Of a DNA stretch of 64,000 nucleotides, positions 29,138 through 42,652 are shown one piece after another. Within the stretch, counting starts at the first letter, position 1. Every line of letters starts with the position of its first letter. The translations under genes were made by a program, and so were the position numbers. The stretch is from the NCBI GenBank assembly GCA_965238005.1, contig OZ250165.1, positions 1,824,001-1,888,000 on the forward strand, written 5' to 3'. The notes under the pieces were generated by a model, which saw only the letters and a list, made by a program, of their open reading frames with translations, was not told where the DNA came from and did no database searches. This DNA is from Longimicrobiales bacterium. GTDB lineage: Bacteria; Gemmatimonadota; Gemmatimonadetes; Longimicrobiales; Gaopeijiaceae.

Positions 29138-29713
29138 ATGCTACTCGTGCTCGACAACTACGACTCCTTCACCTTCAATCTGGTCCAATACCTGGGCGAG
29201 CTTGGAGCGGACGTCGTTGTGATACGCAACGACGAGCGATCCGTCGCGGAGATCATGGAGCTATCGCCGTCTCGGGTCGTGATCTCCCCGGGTCCATGCA
29301 CCCCGGCGGAGGCCGGCGTGAGCATCGAGCTGTTCCGTAGTCTGGGGCCGTCCACCCCCATGCTGGGGGTCTGCCTCGGTCACCAGGCCCTGGGCGAGGC
29401 GTTCGGCGGGGAGACCGTTCGGGCCGATCGGGTCATGCACGGCAAGACCGCACCGGTGTGGCACACCGGCGAGGGGATCTTCGTCGGCATCCCTTCTCCC
29501 TTCACCGTGGCCCGTTACCACTCACTCGTTACGGACGCGTCCGCCCTGCCCGAGGAGCTCGTGCCCGTGGCCTGGAGTGGGGCCGAGGGCGATTCTTCGG
29601 AGGTTCAGGCCATCCGGCACCGGGAGCACCCGTTGTGGGGCGTCCAGTTCCATCCCGAGTCGCTCTTCTCCGAGCACGGCAAGACGCTGCTGGCCAACTT
29701 CTTGGCGCTATAG
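29138..29713 (+). CDS. Anthranilate/aminodeoxychorismate synthase glutamine amidotransferase subunit (TrpG/PabA)
   Basis: LDNYDSFTFNL, ISPGP, GVCLGHQ, RYHSL, GVQFHPES. Confidence 0.95.
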   Translation: MLLVLDNYDSFTFNLVQYLGELGADVVVIRNDERSVAEIMELSPSRVVISPGPCTPAEAGVSIELFRSLGPSTPMLGVCLGHQALGEAFGGETVRADRVMHGKTAPVWHTGEGIFVGIPSPFTVARYHSLVTDASALPEELVPVAWSGAEGDSSEVQAIRHREHPLWGVQFHPESLFSEHGKTLLANFLAL

Positions 29714-29749
29714 AGGTCTCCCTTCAGGGCCTGTTTTGCCTCGCAGCCG

Positions 29750-29778
29750 TTGCCACCCCAGCCGGGCTCGGATAACTT
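29750..29778 (+). promoter_or_regulatory. Putative sigma70 promoter of the kdsB-pyrG-kds-lpt operon
   Basis: TTGCCA-17 bp-TAACTT. Confidence 0.5.
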
Positions 29779-29832
29779 CACTGGCGTGATATTTGCATCA
29801 TCGGGCTTCGCCTCGTGTCCTGGAAGGGACCG

Positions 29833-33094
<3,262 letters not shown>

Positions 33095-33100
33095 CTGTCC

Positions 33101-33670
33101 ATGGAGGAGCGACGCGAAGGGATCGCCCCGGACGTGGCCCGGACCATCCGGCTGGTCGTGTTGGACGTGGATGGGGTACTCACCGACGGAGGGGTCTACA
33201 TCGGGGCCGAGGCCGGTGGCGAAACGCTCGAGCTCAAGCGCTTCGATATCCAGGACGGCCTGGGCGTAAAGATGCTCGGCTGGGCCGGTATCGAGGTGGT
33301 CATCGTATCGGGACGGGTGTCCGAGGCCACTGCCCGCCGTGCCGAGGAGCTGGGGGTGACGGAGTGCCATCAGGACCCGGGCGCAGCCAAGCTGCCCGTG
33401 GTGCGAGCGCTGCTGGAGGAGCGCGGCGTAGGATGGGATGAGACGGCCATGGTGGGAGACGATCTCGCCGACCTGCCCGTGCTGGAGCGCGTCGGCCTTG
33501 CGGTAGCCGTGCCCAACGCCGTCCCCGAAGTGCACGCCGTGTCCCGATGGACTACCGCGGCGCCCGGCGGAGCCGGTGCGGTGCGGGAGTTCGCACGAGC
33601 CCTGCTGATGGCCAGAGGTGAATGGGAGGGACTGGTTCGGGAGTACTGTGACGCCCGCTCAGGATCCTGA
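33101..33670 (+). CDS. kdsC: KDO-8-phosphate phosphatase (HAD family)
   Basis: DVDGVLTDG, GDD..D, GG.GAVRE. Confidence 0.94.
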   Translation: MEERREGIAPDVARTIRLVVLDVDGVLTDGGVYIGAEAGGETLELKRFDIQDGLGVKMLGWAGIEVVIVSGRVSEATARRAEELGVTECHQDPGAAKLPVVRALLEERGVGWDETAMVGDDLADLPVLERVGLAVAVPNAVPEVHAVSRWTTAAPGGAGAVREFARALLMARGEWEGLVREYCDARSGS

Positions 33671-33674
33671 CGCC

Positions 33675-34661
33675 ATGACCGGCCCCGAAGCGCAGATCGA
33701 TTCGGATCGGGTTCTCCGGGAGGCCAGACGTGTCCTGGAGGTCGAGGCCAGGTCCGTCGAGTGCCTGGTGGACCGCGTGGGCGAGGACTTCGTGGAGGCC
33801 GTGGGCCTTCTCGCCCGCTGTACCGGCCGTGTCATCGTATCCGGCATCGGCAAGAGCGGCATCATCGGCCGTAAGATGGCGGCCACGTTCACCTCCACGG
33901 GAACACCGGCGAACTTTCTTCACCCGGTGGAGGGGCTCCACGGCGACCTCGGGATCGTGGGGCAGGACGACGTCGCCATCCTGGTCTCCAAGAGTGGGGA
34001 AACCTCGGAGCTGTCCCGGCTTGTGGATTATCTCCTCCGGGCTAGCGTCGCCATCATCGCGTTGACGGGTGAGCCGGAGTCTCCCCTTGCCGCTCTTTCC
34101 ACCGTGGCGCTGGACTGTTCGGTGGACGAGGAAGCCTGCCCCATGGACTTGGCCCCCACGTCTTCCACCACCGCCACTCTGGCCATGGGAGACGCCCTGG
34201 CGGTGGTTCTACTCCAGCAGAAGGGCTTCAGGAAAGAGGACTTCGCGCTTCTCCATCCCGGTGGATCCTTGGGACGAAAGCTCACGTTGCGTGTAGAAGA
34301 CGCGATGATCGTCGAGGGGTATCCTCATCTCCACAGCGAGGCCTTCATGCGGGACTGTATCGTGCCACTGGCCGAGCAGCGGGGGACGGTGCCCATCGTC
34401 GATGGTAGCGAGAAGGTCATCGGGGTCATCACCGCCGGCGACCTGACCCGTCTCATGGAGCACCGAGAGGACTTTCTGGACGTGCCTGTCACCGAGGTGA
34501 TGACCACGTCTCCCAAGGTGGCCCGGGCGGACGAGCTCGGCTCGGCCGCAGTCCACCGGATGGAGTCTCACGGCATCATGGCGCTTCCCGTGGTGGATTC
34601 CGACCACCGCCTGAAGGCGATGGTTCACCTTCATGACCTCATGAAGGCAGGGGCCCTATGA
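33675..34661 (+). CDS. kdsD: Arabinose-5-phosphate isomerase (KpsF/GutQ family, SIS plus CBS)
   Basis: GIGKSG, HGDLG, APTSSTT, HPGGSLG; start uncertain (33648 or 33675). Confidence 0.95.
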   Translation: MTGPEAQIDSDRVLREARRVLEVEARSVECLVDRVGEDFVEAVGLLARCTGRVIVSGIGKSGIIGRKMAATFTSTGTPANFLHPVEGLHGDLGIVGQDDVAILVSKSGETSELSRLVDYLLRASVAIIALTGEPESPLAALSTVALDCSVDEEACPMDLAPTSSTTATLAMGDALAVVLLQQKGFRKEDFALLHPGGSLGRKLTLRVEDAMIVEGYPHLHSEAFMRDCIVPLAEQRGTVPIVDGSEKVIGVITAGDLTRLMEHREDFLDVPVTEVMTTSPKVARADELGSAAVHRMESHGIMALPVVDSDHRLKAMVHLHDLMKAGAL

Positions 34662-35215
34662 TCATGACACACAATAGTTTAACGATCCTAGTGCTCGCCT
34701 TGTCGTGGGGACTGGCCGCCTGCGAGAGCCCACGTCAGCAGGCGGTGGTAGACCCTGAGTTAGAGAGCATCCAGGCGGACTACATCATCTACGGAAACAC
34801 GCACTACCTGACGCGCGAGGGGATTCGGGAAGCCCTGGTCGTGGCCGACACCGCCTACTTCTTCAATGACTCGACGGTGGTCCTGCTCAGGGGTAACGTG
34901 ACGCTGACCACCTATCACGAGGACCTCGGGACCGAGAAAGCGGTGGTCAAGTCCGACCGAGGCCGCCTCGACACCGACGACAACTCCATGATCGCCCAGG
35001 GCAACGCGGTGCTCCTGATCGCAGACGGCGAACGGAGGATCGAGAGCTCGGAGCTCAACTATAGTCCTGAGCAGGACAAGATATGGAGCGACTCGGCCAC
35101 CGTGATGTACGAGGGCCAGAGTATCGTGGAGGGAAGCGGTTTCGATGCGGACTTGAACTTCGACCAGGTGCGGGTGCGGAACGCCCGCACCCGCGGTGGC
35201 ACCGTCCGCTTCTGA
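34658..35215 (+). CDS. lptC: LPS export protein LptC-like lipoprotein
   Basis: Lipobox LAAC, beta-jellyroll-like sequence, position between kdsD and the lptA/lptB genes. Confidence 0.8.
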   Translation: MIMTHNSLTILVLALSWGLAACESPRQQAVVDPELESIQADYIIYGNTHYLTREGIREALVVADTAYFFNDSTVVLLRGNVTLTTYHEDLGTEKAVVKSDRGRLDTDDNSMIAQGNAVLLIADGERRIESSELNYSPEQDKIWSDSATVMYEGQSIVEGSGFDADLNFDQVRVRNARTRGGTVRF

Positions 35216-36990
35216 TGCGGTGCCCACTCTCATTCCTTGGAGTCACACCGGTCCTGTTCCTGTTGGCGGTGACCAATCTCCCCGCTCAGAACAGAACCTG
35301 TGACCTCATCGACTCCCGCCTGGTCAGTTCCGTAACCGAGAGGGGAGGGCGGGTCAGTCATGTGTCCCTCCCACGCTTCCTCTGTACCGACGGTACCCGC
35401 ATCGAAGCCGACAGCTCGGTGACCTTCGAGGCGAACTCCTTCACGCAGCTTTTCGACAACGTCCTCTTCCGCGACGGCACCCAGGAGCTCGAGGCCGAGC
35501 GGGCACAGTACTTCAGCCGAGCGGGACGTTTGCAGGCACAGGGCTCAGTGCGTCTCACGGACCTGGACGACGGCTCCACCATCACCGGGGAGAACCTGGT
35601 CATGCTCCAGGAGGGGGACGAGCGCCCAGAGGACGACGTGACGATCCGTGGGGGTCGGCCCCACGCTCGTTTCTTCTCGAAGGCGGTGCCGGTATCCGAC
35701 AGCCTTCAGGCTGACGAGACTCAGCGGGACGGCGTCGAAGTAGGACCTCCGCTCCCGGATACAACCGCCGGACTTCCGCCCCCTGCCGACACGCTGGCCG
35801 GTCAGGACGAGCCTCCCGACACCGTGGAGGTCGAGCCTTCCGACACCGTGGAGGTCGAGCCTTCCGAGATCGAGCCGGCAGAAGTCGAGGCTATGGAGCC
35901 CGAGCCTCCACCAGGGCCTCCGACGCCCTTCGACGTCGATGCCGACCTGATCCGCCTGGTGGGAGACCGCCTCTTCCAAGCCCGGGGTCGGGTGGAGGTC
36001 CGGCGGGATTCGCTTCTCTCCTACGGGGACTCTATGGAGTACCAGCAGGATGTAGGTACCCTGACCCTCTTCCGGAATGCACGCCTCCTCTCTCCGGACG
36101 CGGAATCGGGGGACACGCTCGACGTGAGGGGCGACACCATCGACATGCGACTTCCGAGTAACCGCATCGACGAACTCGAGGCTCGTGGGCACGCGCAACT
36201 GGTCACGGACGCCGTAGACATGAAGGGCCCTATCCTCCGGATCTTTTTCGCTCAGGAAGAGCTGGACCGCATCGTATCGGTCATGGGCGCCCACGCGGAG
36301 GAGGTCGAAGAGGAGCCCCCGCCACAGCCGGCGGCCCAGGAGCTCGAGGATTCTCTCGAAGCTGAGATGGAGGACCCCTTCGCCCGACCCCAGGCCACGG
36401 CCGAGGACTTTTTTCTCACAGGTGACTCAATCGAGGTGAAGACCCCGGGCGGCGAGCTGGAGAGTGTCTTTGCGTCCGGACACGCCCACGGAGTCTCCAA
36501 TGTCCGGGATTCCCTGAACGCCGAGGACGCGCCGGAGCTCATCCGGCACGACTGGATCGAGGGTCAGACCATTACGGCCACGTTCGTTACGAGCCAGAGC
36601 GATTCCACCATCCCGCCGGCTGTCACCGTGGAGGGGAACGAAAGTCGATACCGTCTCGACAAGCTGGTGGCACAGGGTGCCGCCCGGAGTTTCTATCGTT
36701 CCGCCCCCGACTCGACCTCGACGCCTGGGGGTGGCCAGGGCCCTCTCGAGCTCAACTACGTGCTGGGCGACGAGATCAGGCTGTTCATGAAGGACGGAGA
36801 AGTGGATCGCATGGAGGTGGACAACGCCACAGGTGCGTATTTTCAGCCCCAGCCCGGCTTCGTGACTCCTGCGGCGGATACGGTGCCTCCTCCGCCTCCG
36901 GATACCACGTCCACCCCGCGCGGGCAAGGCAACCCGCCACAGGAAAGCCGCACGAATGAGCGACTTCGATCCGGACCTCGCAACCGCTGA
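35215..36990 (+). CDS. Long OstA/LptA-like periplasmic protein
   Basis: Signal peptide from ATG 35215 (TGATG overlap), repeated OstA-like beta segments, position between lptC and lptB. Confidence 0.72.
   Translation: MRCPLSFLGVTPVLFLLAVTNLPAQNRTCDLIDSRLVSSVTERGGRVSHVSLPRFLCTDGTRIEADSSVTFEANSFTQLFDNVLFRDGTQELEAERAQYFSRAGRLQAQGSVRLTDLDDGSTITGENLVMLQEGDERPEDDVTIRGGRPHARFFSKAVPVSDSLQADETQRDGVEVGPPLPDTTAGLPPPADTLAGQDEPPDTVEVEPSDTVEVEPSEIEPAEVEAMEPEPPPGPPTPFDVDADLIRLVGDRLFQARGRVEVRRDSLLSYGDSMEYQQDVGTLTLFRNARLLSPDAESGDTLDVRGDTIDMRLPSNRIDELEARGHAQLVTDAVDMKGPILRIFFAQEELDRIVSVMGAHAEEVEEEPPPQPAAQELEDSLEAEMEDPFARPQATAEDFFLTGDSIEVKTPGGELESVFASGHAHGVSNVRDSLNAEDAPELIRHDWIEGQTITATFVTSQSDSTIPPAVTVEGNESRYRLDKLVAQGAARSFYRSAPDSTSTPGGGQGPLELNYVLGDEIRLFMKDGEVDRMEVDNATGAYFQPQPGFVTPAADTVPPPPPDTTSTPRGQGNPPQESRTNERLRSGPRNR
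35818..35865 (+). repeat. 24-bp tandem repeat x2 encoding DTVEVEPS
   Basis: GACACCGTGGAGGTCGAGCCTTCC duplicated in frame. Confidence 0.9.
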
Positions 36991-37846
36991 GGCGGCGGAA
37001 CGGGATTCGGTGACCACCGTGCTCCCCGAATCACCGGCTCCCATGAGCCGTCTCTATGGTGAGGGGCTGACCAAGATCTATCGGAAGCGTCGGGTCGTGG
37101 ACGACATCGCCATCTCCGTCACGCAGGGCGAGATCGTAGGGTTGTTGGGTCCGAACGGGGCGGGGAAGACCACCACGTTCTACATGCTCGTGGGACTCAT
37201 CCCCTCCGACGGGGGGAAGGTCTACCTCGATGACCGGGAGCTCACCGACATTCCCATGTTCCGCCGGGCCCGGATGGGTGTGGGCTATCTGGCACAGGAG
37301 CCCTCGGTCTTCCGAAAGCTCACCGTCGAACAGAACGTGAAGGCGATCCTCGAGACCCTGAAGCTTCCCAAGGCTGAGGAGCAAGCCCGTCTGGAAGAGC
37401 TTCTGAGCGAGCTCGGACTGGGTCAGCTGCGTGACAACAGGGCCTATTCCCTCTCGGGCGGGGAGCGTCGGCGCCTGGAGATCACTCGCGCCCTCGTGCA
37501 GCGTCCCAAGTTCATGCTACTCGACGAGCCCTTTGCAGGCATCGATCCCATCGCGGTCCACGACATTCAGGACATCGTGGGCAGCCTGAAACAGCGGGGG
37601 ATCGGGGTCATCATTTCCGATCACAACGTAGAACAAACCCTGGAGATCGTGGATCGGGCATACATTATGTATGAGGGCCGGATTCAGGTGAGGGGCACCG
37701 TCTCCGAGTTGGTCTGGAACGAAGAGGTGGCGGAGATCTACCTGGGACCGACTCTGACCCAGCGCATGCGTCACCGCTACGCCCGGCCCCCGGAGGCGGA
37801 CAGCGGGGTGGTGGAGGAGCCCGAGACCGACGAGAAGGATTCGTAG
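36956..37846 (+). CDS. lptB: LPS export ABC transporter ATPase
   Basis: [44 protein letters not shown]. Confidence 0.96.
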   Translation: MSDFDPDLATAEAAERDSVTTVLPESPAPMSRLYGEGLTKIYRKRRVVDDIAISVTQGEIVGLLGPNGAGKTTTFYMLVGLIPSDGGKVYLDDRELTDIPMFRRARMGVGYLAQEPSVFRKLTVEQNVKAILETLKLPKAEEQARLEELLSELGLGQLRDNRAYSLSGGERRRLEITRALVQRPKFMLLDEPFAGIDPIAVHDIQDIVGSLKQRGIGVIISDHNVEQTLEIVDRAYIMYEGRIQVRGTVSELVWNEEVAEIYLGPTLTQRMRHRYARPPEADSGVVEEPETDEKDS

Positions 37847-37864
37847 CGAGCTGCACACGACTTC

Positions 37865-39367
37865 ATGAGCGCATACAGCATCAAGCTCTTCCAGAGCCAG
37901 CAGCTCCGTCAGGAGATGAAGATCAACCCTCGCCTATATCAGGCGATGGAGTTGCTCTATATGCCCCTCCTGGACCTCCAGCAGCACCTCAAGGCGGAGC
38001 TGGAGGGGAATCCGTTCCTAGAGATGACCGAAGCCGACGAGGACGAGGTCGAGCTCCAGGAGGACGGCAAGGACGATCCACCCGACGACGAGATCGACTG
38101 GGAGGAGATTCTGCTGGACGGCTTCGACGCCGGGGGGCGCAGGGAGCAGTACGAGGCGAGAGAGTTCTTCCAGCGGGTGCCCGTGGAGACGGCGGATTTG
38201 AGGGATCACCTCCACGAGCAGCTTCGGATGCTCGACATCGCCGAGCGGGAGATGCGACTTGGCGAGGAGATCATCGGCAACGTGAATGACGTGGGCACGC
38301 TCACCTGCGATCTGGACGACGTCCTCCGGGGGGTGAATGGCTGGCTCAAAGACATGCGTCCCGCCGCTCAGGCCGAGATCGACGCCATCGATGACGAGGA
38401 CGAGCGGGCCGCTGGGCAGACCGAGCTGGAGGAGCTTTTCCGACTCTATGAAATGGAGGAGGCCGAAGCGATGCTCGCCAGCGTGCAGGCCTTCGATCCT
38501 CCGGGCGTGGCGGCGAGGAATATTCGCGAGTCGATCCTCATCCAGCTCCGCATGCTTGGGAAGGGCGACACCCAGACGTACCGCGTGGTGGAGGATCACT
38601 TCGAGGACCTCATCAACCATCGATGGGTCGACGTCGCACGTGAGCTGGGGATCAAGCCCATCGAGGTCCAGGACGCGGCCGACGAGATATCCAAGCTCGA
38701 CCCCAAACCCGGACTCAAGTACTCGGCCGACCCCGACCGCTACATCATCCCCGACCTCATCGTCGAGAAGATCGACGGTGAGTACATGGTCTTCGTCAAC
38801 GACACGAGCCTTCCCCGGCTCCGCCTCTCCCAGTCCTACCGGGATGTCGCGAAGAACAAGAGCCAGTTCAAGGGCGAGAACAAGGAGTTCATCTCCCGGA
38901 AGCTGAACTCGGCAAGCTGGATGATCCAGGCAATCGAGCAGCGACGACAGACCATGTTGAAGGTGATGGGCTTCATCGTGGACCGGCAGCGGGACTTCTT
39001 CGAGTACGGCGTCCAGCACCTGAAGCCCCTCACGCTGCGTGAGATCGCGGACCACATCGAGATACATGAATCGACCGTCTCGAGGGTCACTAACGAGAAG
39101 TACGTTCAGACGCCCCGTGGAGTGCTTCACCTCAAGTTCTTCTTCTCCAGTGGACTCGCCACCACGAGTGGAGAGGACATCTCGGCCAGGGGCGTGAAGG
39201 ACAAGATCCAAAAGCTCATCGACCGGGAGGCTCCGCGGAAGCCTCTCACCGACCAGAAGATCGTGGAGCTGCTCAAGAGCGACGGCCTGAAGATCGCCCG
39301 GCGGACTGTCGCGAAGTACCGTGATCAGCTGGGGATTTTGCCGGCCCGCATGCGGCGACGCGTCTGA
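37865..39367 (+). CDS. rpoN: RNA polymerase sigma-54 factor
   Basis: NPFLE, HESTVSR, RpoN box ARRTVAKYR. Confidence 0.98.
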   Translation: MSAYSIKLFQSQQLRQEMKINPRLYQAMELLYMPLLDLQQHLKAELEGNPFLEMTEADEDEVELQEDGKDDPPDDEIDWEEILLDGFDAGGRREQYEAREFFQRVPVETADLRDHLHEQLRMLDIAEREMRLGEEIIGNVNDVGTLTCDLDDVLRGVNGWLKDMRPAAQAEIDAIDDEDERAAGQTELEELFRLYEMEEAEAMLASVQAFDPPGVAARNIRESILIQLRMLGKGDTQTYRVVEDHFEDLINHRWVDVARELGIKPIEVQDAADEISKLDPKPGLKYSADPDRYIIPDLIVEKIDGEYMVFVNDTSLPRLRLSQSYRDVAKNKSQFKGENKEFISRKLNSASWMIQAIEQRRQTMLKVMGFIVDRQRDFFEYGVQHLKPLTLREIADHIEIHESTVSRVTNEKYVQTPRGVLHLKFFFSSGLATTSGEDISARGVKDKIQKLIDREAPRKPLTDQKIVELLKSDGLKIARRTVAKYRDQLGILPARMRRRV

Positions 39368-40329
39368 TGGAGCAGGCCGTCCAAGCAGGGGAGTCCGCCG
39401 GCCGGCTTTCGTCCGAAGCCCGCCGGGACTTCGCCGTGGTGATTCCAGCTTTCAACGAAGCCCCCATGGTGCCGGATCTCATCGCCGAGCTCAGGGCCAC
39501 CTTCAAGCGCTTCGAGCTGGACGGCGAGATTCTGGTGGTGGACGACGGATCCACCGACGGAACCGGCGACCTGGTCGAGAAGGAGGCCGACGGGTGGGGA
39601 CAGGTGCGGGTGCTTCGCCACCGAACCAACATGGGTAAGACCGAAGCGATGCTCACGGCGGCCCGGTCCTCCGATCGCACGTTCCTCGTGCTCTTCGACG
39701 CCGATCTCCAGCACTTCCCCGACGAGATTCCACGCTTCCTGGAGCGGCTCCACGACGGCTCCGACATCGTCACGGGTCGAAAGGTGGGCGCCTACGACAA
39801 GCGTGTTGTGTCGTCCCTCTACAACGCGCTGAGCCGGCGCATCTTCCGTGTCCCCGTAAGCGACCTCAACTCCATGAAAGCGTTCCGGCGGGAGATCCTG
39901 GAAGAGCTCCATCTGCGTCACGACTGGCATCGGTTCTTCGTGGTCCTGGCCCACGCCCGGGGCTACTCGGTGAGTGAGATCGACATCGAGCTCCACCCCA
40001 GGCGAGCCGGCGTCTCGAAGTATACGGGCTTCTTCCGGATCGTCGTGGGCGTGATGGATCTCCTGTCGGTCTGGTTCCTACTCCTTTTCTCTCGGAAGCC
40101 CCTCCTCCTCTTCGGATTCAGCGGCGCCGCCCTGATCGGTCTCGGCGCCGTCGTGGGCGGGGTAGCCTTCTACCTCCGCTTCGTCGAGGGCTTCGGCTTC
40201 CGTCCGCTCCTCTATTTCGTCATCCTGCTCGAGACCGTGGGCTTTCTCCTGGTCGGCTTCGGCCTGATCGCCGAGATGGTGGCACAGCTTCGGGAAGAGG
40301 TCGACTCGCTCAAGCGCGGGGCTCGTTGA
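39367..40329 (+). CDS. Glycosyltransferase family 2 with C-terminal transmembrane helices (ArnC/DPM-like)
   Basis: IPAFNE, VDDGSTD, DADLQ, two C-terminal hydrophobic segments. Confidence 0.9.
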   Translation: MEQAVQAGESAGRLSSEARRDFAVVIPAFNEAPMVPDLIAELRATFKRFELDGEILVVDDGSTDGTGDLVEKEADGWGQVRVLRHRTNMGKTEAMLTAARSSDRTFLVLFDADLQHFPDEIPRFLERLHDGSDIVTGRKVGAYDKRVVSSLYNALSRRIFRVPVSDLNSMKAFRREILEELHLRHDWHRFFVVLAHARGYSVSEIDIELHPRRAGVSKYTGFFRIVVGVMDLLSVWFLLLFSRKPLLLFGFSGAALIGLGAVVGGVAFYLRFVEGFGFRPLLYFVILLETVGFLLVGFGLIAEMVAQLREEVDSLKRGAR

Positions 40330-41513
40330 GCGCGTCGTCCGTTCGACCTCCGCGAGTCCTCGCCGTGGTCGGGACACGGCCGGAAGCCATCAAGATGGCC
40401 CCGGTGGTGGGAGCCCTGGAGAGGAGCGATGGCGTGGAGACTCGTCTCGCCCTCACCGGGCAGCACAGTGACCTCCTCGACCAAGCCCTGGAGGCATTCG
40501 GCCTAGAGCCCGACTACGACCTGGGGATCATGCGGGAGGGCCAGACCCTCTACGACGTGGGCCGGGGCTGCCTGGAGGGCCTCAGGGAGGTCATCCAGGC
40601 CTACGGCCCGGACATGGTGCTGGTTCAGGGCGACACCGCCACGGTCTTCTTCGCCTCCCTGGTGGCCTTCTTCGAGAAGGTCCAGGTCGGTCACGTTGAG
40701 GCGGGTCTGCGCTCCCGGGACAAGTGGGCACCCTTTCCGGAGGAGGTGTTCCGGCGGCTCACCGATGTCATCACGGACCTCCACTTCGCCCCCACGCTTA
40801 CGGCCGCCGAGAGCCTCCTGGCAGAGGGCGTGAGGCCCGAGCACCTTCACGTCACGGGCAACACGGTCGTGGACGCACTTCTGGAGGTTGCCGCCGTGGA
40901 GCGGGAGCCGGAAGACCCGACCCTGGCCTCCATCCTCGCGGACCAGGACCACCGCCTGGTGCTCCTGACCGCGCATCGCAGGGAGTCTTTCGGTCAGCCC
41001 CTCAGCGACGTCTTTGCAGCCGTGCGGCGGATCGCCGACGAGCACGGGGACGTCAATGTACTCTATCCCGTCCACCCCAACCCCAACGTCGTGGAGTCGG
41101 CCGAGGAGCTCCTGGGTGATCATCCACGCGTCCACCTGGTGGAACCCTTGCCGTACCTCGATCTGGTGACGGCACTGAGGCATGCTCACCTGATCCTAAC
41201 GGATTCCGGCGGCATTCAAGAGGAAGCACCCACCTTCGGCACGCCCGTGCTCGTGCTACGAGAGGTCACGGAGAGACCCGAGGGTATCGAGGCCGGCGTG
41301 GCGCGACTCGTGGGCACAGACGGCGGGCGCATTGTGGCGGAGGCTGCGGAGATCCTCGCTCAGGGTACGCCCGCCTCGGACGCAAGAGCGGAAGGCCCCG
41401 AGCGCACCCCCAACCCCTACGGAGACGGGAGGGCAGGGGAGCGCATCGCCGACATCGTCATCTCGGCCCTGACCGGCTCCGCCCGCTCGACGTCGGATTG
41501 GGAGGGGCCATGA
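40326..41513 (+). CDS. wecB: UDP-N-acetylglucosamine 2-epimerase (non-hydrolysing)
   Basis: GTRPEAIKMAP, TGQH, QGDT, HVEAGLRS, TDSGGIQEEAP, NPYGDG. Confidence 0.97.
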   Translation: MSASSVRPPRVLAVVGTRPEAIKMAPVVGALERSDGVETRLALTGQHSDLLDQALEAFGLEPDYDLGIMREGQTLYDVGRGCLEGLREVIQAYGPDMVLVQGDTATVFFASLVAFFEKVQVGHVEAGLRSRDKWAPFPEEVFRRLTDVITDLHFAPTLTAAESLLAEGVRPEHLHVTGNTVVDALLEVAAVEREPEDPTLASILADQDHRLVLLTAHRRESFGQPLSDVFAAVRRIADEHGDVNVLYPVHPNPNVVESAEELLGDHPRVHLVEPLPYLDLVTALRHAHLILTDSGGIQEEAPTFGTPVLVLREVTERPEGIEAGVARLVGTDGGRIVAEAAEILAQGTPASDARAEGPERTPNPYGDGRAGERIADIVISALTGSARSTSDWEGP

Positions 41514-42625
41514 ACGTGGCCATGCATTGCGTCTACTTCCCGCCGGAAGTAGGCGGACTGGAAAGCCACGTCTACTACCTCTGCCGCGGGCTGGTGGAAC
41601 GAGGGTGTAGCGTCTCCATCGTCACTTCGCGGTCCCAGCAGGGACTCCCCGCCTACGAGGTCGTGGACGGCATCCAGGTCTGGCGAACCTGGCTGCCGGC
41701 GCGAACAACCATGGGCTGGTCCCTCCACGGCGCGAGCTCCACCCCGAAGCTGGGTCAGGTCGCCCTCCGAGCCGATATCGTCCACGCCCAGGCGTTTCAG
41801 TCGGTCCTTCCTGCCTTCGTGGCCAAGCGGGCCGCCAAGATCCCGCTGGTCTCGACCTGGCACACGTCTCACTTCCTCAAGCGGGCCGAGAGCCCCTTCT
41901 GGCGCCCCATCTTCCAGCGTCTGCTCCGATGGTCGGACTACAACCTGGCGGCCAGCGTGGAGATCGCGGATGTCGCCGAGAGCCTCGCCCCCGGCGTGAA
42001 GGTCGAGGCGCTGGCCAACGGCGTGGAGACAGACGTGTTCCGCAAGGTCTCGCCGACCCTCCCCGAAACAGGGCGCAGGCGCATCGTCGTGCCCCGGCGC
42101 CTGTTCCATAAGAACGGCGTGGAGTTTCTCGTGAAGGCCATGCCCCTCATCGTGGAGCAGGTGGACGCGGAGGCCGTCATCGTGGGCGACGGGCCCGAGC
42201 GGGGGAGCCTGGAGGGTCTAGCCGGAGAGCTCGGGATGACCGACCGTATCCGCTTTCTCGGTGCCCAGACGCACTCCGAGATGCCGGGGCTCCTGAGCTC
42301 CGCCGAGCTGGCGGTCTTCCCGTCCCTCATGGAAGCCACCTCGGTGGCGGCCCTCGAGTCCATGGCCTGTGAGCTCCCCGTGGCCGCCTCCGACGTGGGC
42401 GGCCTCCCCGAGCTCATCGACGGCGAGGTGGGAGGTCTCTTCGAGTCCGGCAACCCCACGGCCCTGGCCGAGACCGTGGTCTCGCTTCTCGGCCGGGACG
42501 ACCTTTCGACGCTGGGGGCTCGGGCGAGAGCCCGGGTCGTGGAGAAGTGGAGCAACGCTCGCCTCGTGGACCGGCATCTGGAGGTGTACGGGAGCCTCAT
42601 CGAGGGCAGACACGGTCCGGCATGA
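41510..42625 (+). CDS. Glycosyltransferase family 4
   Basis: YFPPEVGG.E, NGV, KNG, E.......ESMA...PV.ASDVGG..E. Confidence 0.92.
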   Translation: MNVAMHCVYFPPEVGGLESHVYYLCRGLVERGCSVSIVTSRSQQGLPAYEVVDGIQVWRTWLPARTTMGWSLHGASSTPKLGQVALRADIVHAQAFQSVLPAFVAKRAAKIPLVSTWHTSHFLKRAESPFWRPIFQRLLRWSDYNLAASVEIADVAESLAPGVKVEALANGVETDVFRKVSPTLPETGRRRIVVPRRLFHKNGVEFLVKAMPLIVEQVDAEAVIVGDGPERGSLEGLAGELGMTDRIRFLGAQTHSEMPGLLSSAELAVFPSLMEATSVAALESMACELPVAASDVGGLPELIDGEVGGLFESGNPTALAETVVSLLGRDDLSTLGARARARVVEKWSNARLVDRHLEVYGSLIEGRHGPA

Positions 42626-42652
42626 ACTCGACGTCCGTGTGAGAGGAAAGTA

